The notes beneath the pieces are model-generated. The model was given only the letters and a program-made list of their open reading frames with translations. It searched no databases and had not been told where the DNA came from. From positions 196,974,001 through 197,038,000 of the forward strand of contig NC_042997.1 in assembly GCF_006345805.1 (NCBI RefSeq): DNA of 64,000 nt, given 5' to 3'. Shown here piece by piece: positions 50,796 to 63,988 of the stretch (positions within the stretch are counted from its first letter, which is position 1; each line of letters starts with the position of its first letter). Origin of the DNA: Octopus sinensis (Eukaryota). The position numbers were made by a program, and so were the translations under genes.

Positions 50796-51106
50796 GTGAG
50801 GGGCGTGTGCTTAGTGGTTAGGGCATTCGGCTCATGATCGTAAGGTTGTGAGTTCGATTCCGGCGACGCGTTGTGTCTTGAGCAAGACACTATTTCACGT
50901 TGCTTCCAGTCCACTCAGCTGGCAAAAATGAGTTGTGTACTTGTACTTCAAAGGGTCAGCCTTGTCAACTCTCTGTACGCTGATTATCCCCGAGAACTAC
51001 GTTAAGGGTAAACGTGTCTGGAATGCTCAGCCTTTGCACGTTAATTTCACGAGCAAGCTGTTCCGTTGATCGTATCAGCTGGGACCCTCGTCGTCGTAAC
51101 GGCGGG
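50796..51106 (+). mobile_element. tRNA-derived SINE, head D + tail X
   Basis: Head gcttagtggttagggc...gagttcgattcc. Tail ttcaaagggtcagccttgtc...ccccgagaactacgttaagggt...ccctcgtcgtcgtaac is shared with 5304-5693. Confidence 0.8.
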
Positions 51107-51114
51107 TCTTTAAA

Positions 51115-51155
<41 letters not shown>

Positions 51156-51273
51156 CAAACATGCATATCATTTATATATATATATATAGTACAAACATGC
51201 GTTTCATATATATATATATATATATATATAAATATGTCTGTATGAGAGGTTAATAAACCATATAAGGGTTATT

Positions 51274-51857
51274 CTTTTCTACTCTTAGGCACAAGTCCCG
51301 AAATTTTGGGGGAAGGGTCCAGTTGATTTGGCCGACCTCACCATGCAACTAGTACTTAATTTATCGACCCAGAAAAGATGAAAGGCGAAGTGGACTTCCG
51401 CAGAATTTGAACTCAGAATGTAAAGACAGATGAAATACCTATTTCTTTACTACCCACAAGGGGCTAAACACAGAGAGGACAAACAAGGACAGACAAACGG
51501 ATTAAGTCGATTATATCAACCCCAATGCATAACTGCTATTTAATTTATCGACTCCGAAAGGATGAAAGGCAAAGTTGACTTCGGCAGAATTTGAACTCAG
51601 AATGTAAAGACAGACGAAATACCTATTTCATTACTACTCACAGGGGGTTAAGCACAGAGAGGGCAAACAAGTAGAGACAAACGGATTAAGTCGATTATAT
51701 CGACCCCAGTGCGTAACTGGTACTTATTTAATCGACCCCGAAAGGATGAAAGGCAAAGTCGACCTAAGCGGAATTTGAACTCAGAACGTAGCGGCAGACG
51801 AAATACCGCTAAGCATTTCGCCCGGCGTGCTAACGTTTCTGCTAGCTCGCCGCCTTG
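51274..51857 (-). mobile_element. Trimeric SINE-A array
   Basis: One head and three bodies joined at aaataggtatttc. Flanked by cat(a/c)taaggg(t/a)tatt at 51259-51273 and 51858-51872. Confidence 0.85.
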
Positions 51858-54372
51858 CATCTAAGGGATATTAAATATCCAATATACTGCTTGATGTGTA
51901 CCTACGTATTTTTAACCAAGTGCTTATTACTGCATGGCAATAATGTAATTGAATATTGGGTATGGATGAGGGAAATTGCAATTTACCCAGAATTTATAAG
52001 GCAAACAAGAAAATGGTCTTTAGGTAGTGTGTTACGCATCCCTGGTCCCCAAATAATTACAGTTATAAAGCTGAACTTGTAATCTTGATAAAGTACCGGT
52101 AAATTTCTCCTGCATGTATGTATATAATTATGTTTGTTTGTGTGTATGTATGCATGCATGTATGTATGTGTGTATGCGCGTATACGTATGTGTGTCCGCT
52201 TGTGTGTGTTACTGATATATATTTATCGAACGGCTGAGTTTCGATTTTTGACACAGTATCGGTTTTTAAACAAACACAGAAGCAGACCCCGCCATACACA
52301 CACTTATTTTATTAAGGGCTTTCCATATTTCCTTATTACTCTTTATATTATGCTTGTAACAATAGCTCTCCGAAGTCCATTAACGTTTCAAAGCCTTCGT
52401 GTTCTCAAATGATTGAAATGAAAATAATGTAGTGGCGGCATATTATGTTAAAAAAGCAAAAAAAAAAAGCATAATAACGGCATTGTGTGAAAAAAAAGTA
52501 ACTTTATCAATAAATGCTGATCGATAAAATATGTACTAGACTTAAATAAATATGATCAATATGATTTCCTAAGCCCTCGAAGGCGGTGCTCTAATATGGC
52601 CGAACTGGAATAAGTGAAGCCGTTCAAAATACAAAGAATTATATATGCATATGATTTAGTGTGTGCGTCCACGTGAGTGCTTGTGTATGTCACTGTGTGT
52701 GTCAGTGTGTGTATGTATGCGTCTCTATGTGAGTGTGTGAGTTTCTACGTGCGTATGTCTGTACGTCAGTGTGTATGCGTCTGTGTGTGTGTGACTATGT
52801 TAGTTTGTGTGTGCTCTATGAGACAATACATATATATATATATCTTTGCCTTCGTGTGTGTGTCTCTCTCTCTGTATTTGAGCTCGTGTGTGTCTTTGAG
52901 TGATAGTATTTGACTGTGAGTGTCTGTGTTCGTCTGTTTGCGCGCGCGTGTGTGAGTGTATATTTGTATGTGTGAGTGTGTGTGTGTCCGTGTCTCCTTG
53001 TTAGAGTGTGTATACTTGTTCACGTGTGACTATATCAGTCTGTGTTCTCTATGAGAGTGTATGTATCTGTATCTGTGTGGGTCTGTCTGTATATAACTGA
53101 GTAAGAGTATGTGACTGTGAGAGTCTGTATCCAACTGTATGAGTGTATGTGTTAGTGTTTGTGTGAGTGTCTCTTTGTTAGAGTGTGCACGCTTGCTTAT
53201 GTATGGTAAAGTGAGTGTATGTTTGTCTATGTGTGAATGATAATGAGTGTTTGCTATCATTTATAACATTTTAGGTGAAGAAACAGCTTTCACACTTCTC
53301 CAATATTTTGTGATTTTAAGCTAAGAGAATGAAGTCCAAGCGAAAGAGACAAAGTTGTTACGTTTTCACATTTGGTGTTAACAGGAATTACGTAATAAAC
53401 CTTACATTGCTGCTTATTTTATTTAATTAATCAGTATGCAGAATTAATTCCTTGTGCGCCTATTAAACTCTGCAAACGGATATTATATAAATCGTTGTTA
53501 AACATTCCCGATGATAATTGACAACCAAAGCAATAAAATTATTTGTGAATTATACAACAAAGAACAAAAGGATAAGACATGGTATTTTAACAAGCTGTCA
53601 TATTCAGTGTATGCATCGTGGCAAATGAAGCGTATACCACTGGGATGTATCTGATATTGTCGCATCATGAAAGTGCAGCACTCAAATGGAATGATTGCAC
53701 AGGTGAGTTATGACAGCAATTAAATACAACGAATATTATAGGCTGCTTTTCATGCTTTCGGATTTATCTCAAACTCTTTTATGGTCCTTCAACGTAGTAA
53801 CAGAAGGGGTTTAGTCAAATGGGAGAAAAGCAGCGAGTTCACAAACTGCGTGGTGGTAAAGAGCATATTTAAAGGAGGTGGAAAATTGAAGTTCAAACTA
53901 TCCATTACTAATATATATATATGTATAAAAGGTGAATTGCAAAATGCTGTGAACTGTAACAACAGCTACGGAAGCACGAATAAAATGTGCATTAATAAAC
54001 ACACGATCAATAAAACGAAAACAATAAGAAATTCCAGCAAAGGTATGTAATACATAAAATTGTTTCGTACACGCACAGATACACACATATATACATAAAT
54101 AATTACATATATATATGTGTACGTATATATAGCATATATTATATATATGTTCGATTATTAAATGTGTTGAGCAAAGAAAATAAAACATGGTGTTCAACGT
54201 GCAAATTAACAATAGTAATAAACACCTTTTACAAATGTGCGTTATCGACTGCACGGAGGAAATGCATTCCGTTACGTAATTGAGGTATAAAACTCTTTGT
54301 ACGGCACACAGTAAACCATGTTTCCTTAAGCCTACGAACAATTTATATTGATAACGTATATAGTAATCAATA

Positions 54373-54890
54373 ATACATACGAATATTCAGCTATTTATAT
54401 CAGTATGTAAATTTATAGATCCTGATGCATCCTCTTTCACTCACCTCCCTTGGTTACAGTCACGGCCTATGTATGCATGTATGTATGTATGTATGTATGC
54501 ATGAATGTATGTATGTACGTATGTCATTATGGTGTTTATTTCAAGATTTCTTGGCAATAGAGAAAGAACCGGTTTCTAACCTAGATCCAAGGTTTCTTCA
54601 TTGAAATTTCAACATCAACAATAGGGTTTTTGGCTTGTTTGTATGTATGTATACATACAAATATTCAGCTATTTATATCAGCACGTAAATTTATAGATCC
54701 TTATATATCCTCTTTCACTCACCTCCCTTGGTTACAGTCACGGCCTATGTATGTATGCCATTATTCAGTTTATTTCAAGATTTCTCGGCAATAGAAAAAG
54801 AACCGGTTTCTAACCTAGATCCAAGGTTTTTTCGTTGGAATTTCAACATGAACAAAAGGGTTTTGGGTTTGTTTGCATGTATGTATATGT
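54373..54890. repeat. Tandem duplication of a ~278-bp unit containing an RLE-LINE 3' end
   Basis: Units start atacatac(g/a)aatattcagctatttatatcag at 54373 and 54651. Confidence 0.88.
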
Positions 54891-55392
54891 GCTAAGTTGT
54901 ATGTTCTAGTTTATGTATGTATTCTCATGCATATGGTTGCATATCTAGACATAAATAAAATTCGCCCCGTTTCCAATGGCGCATGTGTTCCCCAGCTGTA
55001 CGGGATGCCACTCTATCGCAGCGTTACTCATTATCGCCAACTGAGTGGACTGGAGCAACGTGAAATGAAGTGTTTTGCTCAAAAAGACAACGTGTCGCCC
55101 GGTCCAGAAGTCGAAACCACAATCTTACGATCATGATGCTGACACTCTATCCACTAAGCCTTCACATATCTAGACAGGCTCACATATATTTAAATGATAT
55201 ACTTCTGGAAAGCTTTACAGATTTTTACAGTTCAAGTGATGGATTGGATCTGTAGTCTTCGAATTAGCTTTCTCCGTTCTGGTTTTGAGAAGCCTAATTT
55301 CTCAAGACTACTATTTAGGCAGTGTGTTACATATCGCAAGGCCCCAATAATTACATGTATAAACCCGAACTTGTAATCTGGATATGTATGTA
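54757..55392 (-). mobile_element. RLE LINE 3' fragment (family of 11120-11830), interrupted by a SINE
   Basis: Translates YPDYKFGFIHVIIGALRYVTHCLNSSLEKLGFSKPERRKLIRRLQIQSIT. Has the same 3' UTR and (ACAT)n end. Confidence 0.8.
54952..55164 (-). mobile_element. tRNA-derived SINE, head D + tail Y, nested in the LINE 3' UTR
   Basis: 12-bp TSD catatctagaca at 54940-54951 and 55165-55176. Confidence 0.8.
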
Positions 55393-55503
55393 GGTATTTA
55401 TACATGTATATATCCATGAATTTGCAAAACGTCGTAAACTACTCGTACTCAAGCAGTGGATATCAATACGTGACCTTATCATATGCAATATATACATATA
55501 TAT

Positions 55504-55795
55504 ATATTTACACATACACACACATACATATACATAACATATTCATATATTGAACAGTATAGTATATGTTTATATATGAATATTATGAATTATACACATG
55601 TCTGTGGTTCTGCATGCATGTGTGTATGTATATATATATATATATTTACACATACACGCACATACATATACATAACATTCATATAATGAACGGTATAGTA
55701 TATGTTTATATATGAATATTATGAATATTCAGACATTATATACACATGTCTATGGTCCTGCATATGTGTGTGTGTATATATACATATATTTACAT
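55504..55795. repeat. Tandem duplication of a ~140-150-bp AT-rich unit
   Basis: atatttacacatacac...tatagtatatgtttatatatgaatattatgaat...acacatgtct(g/a)tggt(t/c)ctgcat occurs twice. Confidence 0.85.
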
Positions 55796-56360
55796 ATATA
55801 TATATATATATATGTGTGTATAAATGTATGTATGTACATATATAAACTTCATCCAAACCTAATTGAAACGAACGCTAAACGTAGAATATATTTAGTTAGG
55901 TGAAAAATATTTCAACAACTTATACTTTGTATCTTATTAAATTATCCATAGAATCGGAAACGTTTATGATTAATAAGAACACACAGAATCTTTTTAGAAA
56001 CATCGTCAACGCATTCCTAAAACTAATATATTTACTCAAACTGTAATATGTAACCGAGTTAGTTCGCGACAATTAACTTATCGGATAAAACAAAAGATTT
56101 TTATTTAATTGTAGCCAGGATTTCAGTCATTTTATTGTGAAGTTTTGTTTGGTAACGTGTCATACGTCTGCTGCTATAAGTTAATCAGGTTGATCAAAGA
56201 TTAACGTGTTCTTAAAAGAGGGTAATGTGCTTTTGGTCGGTAATAAGAGTGTTGCTGTTCTTTAAGGCGATGTGAGTATGTGTTTGGGTGAATGTATCTC
56301 CTGCATTATATAAAATAAAAAAAATTTATATATTCAAACTTATATCCATCCATCAATCTA

Positions 56361-56413
<53 letters not shown>

Positions 56414-56426
56414 ATATATATATATA

Positions 56427-56750
56427 GGCGCAAGAGTGGCTGTGTGGTAAGTAGCTTGCTTACCAACCACATAGTTCCGGGTTCATTCCCACTGCGTGGC
56501 ACCTTGGGTAAGTGCCTTCTACTATACCCTCGGGCCGACCGAAGCCTTGTGAGTGGATTTGATAGACGGAAACTGAAAGAAGCGTGTCGTATGAATGTAT
56601 ATATGTATGTGTGTGTATATATGTGCGTGTGTGTGTTTGTCCCCCCAACATCGCTTGACAAAAAAGACCGATAGTAATAGGCTTACAAAGAATAAGTCCT
56701 GGGGGCGATTTGCTCCTGCATGGCCGCAGTCAAAAGAGAGTAAAAGAGAT
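56427..56750 (+). mobile_element. SINE family B
   Basis: Near full length, with a deletion in the tail. Confidence 0.87.
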
Positions 56751-56798
56751 ACAGACTTATATCTATCTATCTATCTATCTCTCTCTCTCTCTCCTCTC

Positions 56799-56842
<44 letters not shown>

Positions 56843-56904
56843 TATAGGCGCAGAAGTGGCTGTTTGCTAAGAATTAAGAGCAATGGAATATTTATATATA
56901 TATA

Positions 56905-57289
56905 ATCGTTGCTATTATGTTAAACTGTCGTATGTCCAAATTTGCCCAAATGCGTATTTTTCAATATTTAATTTTGCTTGCAATAGCCGTTTTTTTTAAC
57001 CAAACTATCGTATCTCCAGCTCCTTCATATGAAAATTATCAGACTGTAGTGGAACGGTTTAGCATTTTTCAAAAGTGTACCAAGTCCCAGATACGACAGT
57101 TTTGCAGAAATATTTCTGACAGAAAGTCTAATACATGCATGGGTTTACGATTTTGTGCACACAACAAAGTATTATTTTAAAGCCGAAACTGGTGTTAATA
57201 TAAAAAGAAATGGAATGTTGAAACTATTTTTTCGTTTTCTGAAGAAGCAGCCTTTCGGACTATTGAGACATTTGCATAATAGCAACGAT
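56905..57289. mobile_element. Unclassified TA-associated MITE (385 bp) with perfect 15-bp TIRs
   Basis: atcgttgctattatg (56905-56919) / cataatagcaacgat (57275-57289), with (TA)n on both sides. Confidence 0.75.
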
Positions 57290-57778
57290 ATATATGTGTT
57301 TGTGTATATGCGGTAGCTACTATACTAGATAAGACGCCGTTATTGTTATAAGATAGATGTTCATAACAACAAAGTATTCAGCTGAGCAACGCAGTCTAGG
57401 TTAACTTGTGTGAAATGCAACCAGGTTATTTTTTCTTATGAATTTCAAATATACATAATGTGTTTCTATTACTTACTAACCAGAAACGGTGCACAAGTAG
57501 ACTGCCATAGCTTTTTTAGATGTATCGATAAATTACTTCTTGCGAGTTGTACATCATTGAGAGCAAAATAAGGCCGATAAGTACAACCTAGTCATGAAAA
57601 TCTGCGCTAATGTATTAAAAAAAAAAAATGAAAGCAATTTAGAATGTAATTCTGCTTTCTTTGAGAAGGAAAGAATTAAAAAAAATGTCGGGCAGAAATA
57701 TTGGCAAAAGTAATTCAATAAACATTCTTTTCAATGATGTAAATATATGGGAAATACTATTCGATTTACAGCAGTTGT

Positions 57779-58019
57779 AGGCGCCGACATAACTGTCTGC
57801 TTATGAAGCCTGCTTACAAGCACGTGGTTTCAGGTTCGGTCCCACAGCGTGGCACCTTGCGCAAGTGTCTTCTAATGTAGCTCTCAGTTTGAGTAGTGGC
57901 TTATGCGTGCGTACCAGGCTTTAAAATATGTAGTATTGGGATCGATTGGCTTGATAATACTCTTTGCAGAGGTTCACTAGCATGGCTGCTGTCCAATGAC
58001 TGAATCAAGTAAAGGACAA
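57779..58019 (+). mobile_element. Old degenerate SINE-B-related copy
   Basis: ggttcggtcccacagcgtggcaccttgcgcaagtgtcttc and agcatggctgctgtccaatgactgaatcaagtaaag blocks. Confidence 0.6.
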
Positions 58020-58209
58020 TTATGTTATCACATAAACAATAGAGATAATCCGATTTGGCAAGAAATATAACGATTAATGTTTAGCTCGATCCTGATTAAT
58101 GATTAACATGATTGCCCTATTTACAGTACTTCTGGGGGCGGGTAAATAGGTGATGTGTTTACTGCAGAATTTATGATGTGCTTGTATATCTAGCATTATA
58201 ATAGAATAA

Positions 58210-58436
58210 GGCGACGAGCTGGCTGAACCGTTAGCATGCCGGGTGAAATGCGTAGCTGTATTTCGTCTGTCGTTACGTTCTGAGTTCAAATTCCGCCGAG
58301 GTCGACTTTGCCTTTCATCCTTTCGGGGTCGATAAATTAAGCACTAGTTACGCACTGGGGTCGATGTAATCGACTTAATCCGTTTGTCTGTCCTTGTTTG
58401 TCCCCTCGTGTTTAGCCCTTGTGGGTAGTAAAGAAA
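58210..58436 (+). mobile_element. SINE family A
   Basis: Full length. Imperfect 16-bp TSD tata(t/g)ctag(c/t)attata. Confidence 0.9.
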
Positions 58437-58985
58437 TATAGCTAGTATTATACTTAAGAATAACAATATTTATCAGTGAAAAGAAAATGAAAGAGGTTCT
58501 CATCATAAATACGGAACAAACATGAAGGGGAAATTACTAACGTTTTAGTGAAGATCTCTTTATCTTCACTAGATTCAAAATGGAATAGACAAATTCTTTA
58601 ATATCGGCCCAAAGTATACAAATTCCAGATAAACATCCATGAGGAAGTGTCAGAGAGATTAGAGTAACGAGAGAGTAAATGTGAGAGAAGCAGTGATTGC
58701 ATGGAAAAACATTTGCATAATAGAAATTCGAGAACTCCGCCGCGCTTTTTGCATTAAAATTTGTATTTACATTCAGAAATGAGTGGGGGGAAGTTTTATG
58801 GCGCCAATTCAGTCTCAATTCTAAGAGAATCATATTAGTTAACCTTCAAAAACTTATTTAAACGCCTAAGATTCAAAGACATTTGTACGCATGCATATAC
58901 ATACATGTACATACACATAGACACACACACAAAAACACACAGAGATACACATACACACGCACAAACATTCATATATCACCATGAT

Positions 58986-59265
58986 CCCCGTGACCGACCA
59001 GGCTACCAGGTGTTATTACACATCGCTGGTCACAATGCGCTTCGTATTTTTTTAGCCTTCAAATGACGCCACCCCGCTGGCTAAGCGAACAGGCCAATAG
59101 AAGAAAGAGTGAGAGAAATTTGTGCTGAAAGTGTACAGTAGGGATCGCCACCACCCCCTGCCGGAACCTCGTGGACCTTTAGGTGTTTTCGCTCAATAAA
59201 CACTTATAACGCGATCCTACAACCGTGAGTCCGCTACCCTAACCACTGGGTCGTTGCGCCTCCAC
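58986..59265 (-). mobile_element. tRNA-derived SINE, head C + tail W
   Basis: Head C with an internal deletion, followed by a tail unrelated to X or Y (ctattggcctgttcgcttagccagcggggtggcg...). Confidence 0.72.
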
Positions 59266-60000
59266 ACATTCATATATATATATATAGGCCTGCATATGTA
59301 TGTGCCTAATACTACTTCGTGATGTATCGAGTAACTTATTTTACAACAGTACCTAACGAAAAAAACATACACACAAACACACACGTATATATCTTTATGC
59401 ATGTTGGTGGGGGGGGGGTGTCCCATAGTTTCATATATTTGTGTATAGAAATATTTTGTGTACCAAAATTAGAAGGAAATACATGCTTGACCTGGCCAGA
59501 CCAACTGTCAATTTTAGTTTAGCTATTGAACAATAAACTAAAGCCTAATGTCAAACGCATGGTTTCAATGCTCAAACAGCCGTAACGACATGGATTCCCA
59601 AAGTTTTTTTTTTTTTCCAATTCCTTTTTCACTCTCGGATATTGATTTCTTGTGATTTGGCACAGAACAACAATTGTTCCATCTGAGGACTTCAGTCGAC
59701 TTAACTGATCTCATTATGATACTGGTATATATTACTGCCATATCACTGCTTGTCGTTCTTGGAGTTGTTTAACCTCATATCATCCCTGATAAAGCGAATT
59801 TTGATTAAAATTGCGTTCCATTTCTTTCTCCGCGAAATGCTATATCTAGGATTTCTTTCTGAGTTCCTTCTGCTTTGGAAATGTTAGGGTAAAACTTGAT
59901 CGACATCAGGCGGTTGCATTCAACTAGTCTGTAGCCTAACCTACAACGCAGAGGCTTCCTCGATTTCCAGTAATATTACTGTTACTCATAAGTAACGCAA

Positions 60001-60320
60001 GGAGGCGCAATGGCCCAGTGGTTAGGGCTGCAGACTCGCCCTCGGAGGATCGCGGTTTCGATTCCCAGACTGGGCGTTGTGTGTTTTTATCGAACGAAAA
60101 CACCTAAAAAGCTCCACGATGCTCCAGTAGGAGGTGGTGTTGACCCCCTGTTGTACTCTTTCGCCACAACTTTCTCTCACTCTTTCTTCCTGATTCTTGA
60201 GTAACGCTGCGATGGACTGGCGTCACGTCCAGCTGGGGGGGGGGGCACATACGTCAGAGAAACCGGGAAATCGGACCCATGAGTCTGGCTAGGCTTGAAA
60301 AGGGCAACGTTTATCGTTTG
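60001..60320 (+). mobile_element. tRNA-derived SINE, head C + tail Y
   Basis: TSD ata(a/g)gtaacgcaa at 59988-60000 and 60321-60333. Tail gagtaacgctgcgatggactggcgtcacgtccagctggg. Confidence 0.82.
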
Positions 60321-61136
60321 ATAGGTAACGCAATCTATCCATTGCCAGAATGCAGAAAGATCAAAAATAGAGCCTGGGGTGCATTGTTAGGTAGTTATCT
60401 ACTTTCTCGATCCAATTTTTGCGCTTGATACTTCTTTATGAATTCTGACTTTTGTTTTCTTATCAAAGAAACAATTATATTATAACTCGGAAGAAATGCA
60501 GTAAATCGAGTAGGTGATAGCAGGTTATCAGTATTTATTTTGCTAAACCTGGATGATTAAAACGTATGTAGAAGTTACGGAATATCAACCATGAACTAAC
60601 AGAGATAAAATTAAACAAAGCAGTGAATCTTGCCCCATTTTGGTCTCAATCAACATCTCTACCACCCCTTAGGTACATTTATAACGGTTGCCTGATGGTA
60701 TGCTGCTAAATAAGATTATATATATATAATACGTTATTAACTTGACTAGCTAAAGATTTTTCTGCTATAAGTTCCCTCATAGCTGGGTGTTCACACATCA
60801 TATGCTTGGCTCTCAGGCAGGCATATGATGTTGCACAACTATTCAACTATGAAGGCACTACATCTTATGGGAGGAAGAAATGTAAACTGTAATGAAATTG
60901 CTAACATAGTCCCTGTTCCCTTGTCATTCATTAACTCATATTAACCTTTGTACTTGCCTAAAGTCTTACTCTAAAGCATTCGTATATTGAGTTCTAACAA
61001 CTGGCTATTATTATAGCTAAGCATAACCGAACTCATCATATAGATATAATATATATAATATATATATATCTATGTATACGTAATATATATATATATATAT
61101 GTATACGTATATATATAATATATATATATATATATA

Positions 61137-61236
61137 NNNNNNNNNNNNNNNNNNNNNNNNNNNNNNNNNNNNNNNNNNNNNNNNNNNNNNNNNNNNNNNN
61201 NNNNNNNNNNNNNNNNNNNNNNNNNNNNNNNNNNNN
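61137..61236. other. Assembly gap (100 N) in an AT microsatellite
   Basis: Run of exactly 100 N. Confidence 0.99.
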
Positions 61237-61865
61237 TATCATATTTAAATGATGTAGGTTTTTAGGGAATTCGATATTTGAAAATTAAGTCTCTTATCTG
61301 GACTACAAATAATACAGTTGTATGGTACGACAGATTTCTTCGAGAATTATATTATGTGTCTGCTATTGTTATCTTACCCGCAGTCAAAAGAATATGAATT
61401 GGATTAGAGTAAAGAGTGATTTTCTTTTAATATCAAATTATTCGTCATTTAATTTAATTCCACAATTCGTTTGTTATCGTGCAAGATTTCAGATGCTATA
61501 CCTTCAAAATTTCCCAGGCATTTTCTTTTCGCATTCCTCATGATTTAACCCGCATGTACCGCTATAATGTAATGAAAGGATTGTCTGTAAAAGATACCCT
61601 TTAGGATGCTAAAACAATTATATACCTACAGTGTGAGAGCTAGAAAAGGAGACACGTGTAGATAGAGTGATAGAGAGGGAGAGAAAGAAAGGGAAGTATA
61701 AAGAGATAGAGAGGGAAACAGAAATCTAGTGTGTATGTGTGTGTGTATTTGTATTTCTATATTAGTGTGTGTGTAAATAAATATACTATGAATCTAGATA
61801 GTGTCTCTAATTAATCTTGCTAGTTGTATGGGTTATTTTCACTCGGTAAAATATTTTCATTTGAA

Positions 61866-62071
61866 GACGGCGAACTGGCAGAAACGTTAGCACGCCGTGC
61901 GAAATGCTCAGCTGTTCTCAGTTCAAATTCCACCAAGGTCGACTTTATTTTTCATCCTTTCAGAGTCGATAAAATAATTACCAGTTGCGGACTGGGGTCG
62001 ATGTCATCGACCTAATCGCTTTGTCTCTCCTTTTTGTCCCCTGCATCTTTAGCGCCCTGTGGGCAATAAAA
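61866..62071 (+). mobile_element. Diverged SINE family A
   Basis: Head, central block and young-type tail are recognisable, with a ~20-nt deletion. Confidence 0.75.
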
Positions 62072-63560
62072 ACAGAAACATATTTTCGTTCATAAAATTC
62101 TTTGGAAAGAGACACAAACGCACATGTTGACGTCATAAGAATTAATAGAACTGAAGGCAGCAAGAACTAGTTCGGCTTTGGAACAGTGGATCTCAAAGCA
62201 AGTTTAAAGCTATAAATATTCGTTTACGAAATCACTTGAGTTTGAAAAACTCGAAGGCTACCCGTGGACGAGCGTTTCGGCTTATATCTGCACTGCTCCC
62301 TAGTGGTTGGGGAACGATATAATGAAATTACTTGCACTCTACAGTGCAGAGGAAACTTCATGAGATTACATAATACGTTACAGTGTTATAGTTTGGCGGA
62401 ATGGTGTTGTTATGATGTGTATGCTTATAGTATTTCACAAATCCATTAGTATATATGGATTTGCAGAGAATACATTCTCGACTACCAATCAAAGCACAGT
62501 GTGTAGTCATCAAACGTTTGGTATTACTAATAATAGGAACCTTTCAGAATTTTCTTGTTAAATCACTCAAATTCTCAAACAAAACCTAATTTTTTATTGC
62601 GCCTTATTATTTTATACACTTATATTAATATATATTATATTTATATATATTACACGAAGAAGCTATAACTGTTCCACAATGGGGTAGCTTGCAGACTGGA
62701 AATAGTTTTGCAAACTTTGTATGAAATTAACTTAAAACCGTAAATATTCAGTAATTTTCAAATTCATTTCCGATATGTCATTCATCTTTATTTCGTAGCT
62801 TTTTTTACAGATTTATTAGAATATATTTTAACTACGGAGTGCAAGCACGATTTTAAAATGAAATAGCATCGCTCGAATGAGAGGCTAAATAACAAACAGA
62901 TTGACAGAAGAGTGACGAGAAGACCAAAAATTCGAATAGGGATGGACAAAACATACACACACACCCACACACACACGCACGTCCACACACGCTAAATGAG
63001 AAAAAGGGAGATAATTGGAATAACGTTTCAAGCGAACTCATTATCGGGGCAGAATAAAAAGCACGATACCTATTTGAAGGAGGAACGATACCTATTTGAA
63101 CCCTACGTGTATTTTTCTGATTCATTTTTGATGCCTTAAATTCCTCTCCTTTATATTTAATATTCTATAAATACTTCTCTCAATACGTATACGATTCTTG
63201 ATCCTGCCTTTCGTCCATTTTGGTTTATTATTTTCAGATCAGAACGGCTTTCTTGGAACGAAATAATGTTTCGAAGCATTTCATCAAAATTTCTGTATTC
63301 AGGGCTTAAATCCATAAAATTTGAGGTTGACAACCTCATTTATTTCCTTCTTCGTCATTATGAAATAATGCTAATTTTATCTCGGCACCTGTATTTCTTT
63401 GTTCTTGAGCTGTTGGGAGTAAAATCACACCACACCTCTTCCCTAAGCTTATCTCTTAAACCCGTAAATTTGCCAATTTTGAAGTCTGTCATAATCCGAT
63501 TATTTTAATAGTTTTCGTTTGTTAAGTTCAGGTCATATCTGATAACTTTATGATGATTTA

Positions 63561-63870
63561 GGAGTGGCTGTGTGTTAAGTAGCTTGCTTACCAACCACAT
63601 GGTTCCGGGTTCAGTCCCACTGCGTGACACCTTGTGCAAGTGTCTCCTACTGTAGCCTCGGGCCGATCAAAGCCTTGTGAGTGGATTTGGTAGACGGACA
63701 CTGAAAGAAGCCCGTCGTATATATGTATGTATCTATATATATGTATGTATGTATGTATGTGCGTGTATATGTTTGTGTGTCTGTGTTTGTCCTCGCAACA
63801 TCACTTAACAACCGATGGTGGTGTGTTTACGTCCCTGTAACTTAGCGGTTCGGTAAAACTGACCGATAGA
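63561..63870 (+). mobile_element. SINE family B (3' truncated)
   Basis: ggagtggctgtgtgttaagtagcttgcttaccaaccacatggttccgggttcagtccc head and body. Confidence 0.87.
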
Positions 63871-63928
63871 CAAAATGCTGCTTATCGTTTTGTCCAGCAT
63901 GTTAACGATTCTGCCAGCTCGCTGCCCC

Positions 63929-63929
63929 A

Positions 63930-63988
<59 letters not shown>

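Noticed and set aside
58546-58571. Perfect 10-bp stem hairpin tagtgaagat/atcttcacta
   Set aside because: Too short and AT-rich to be distinguished from chance in 64 kb.
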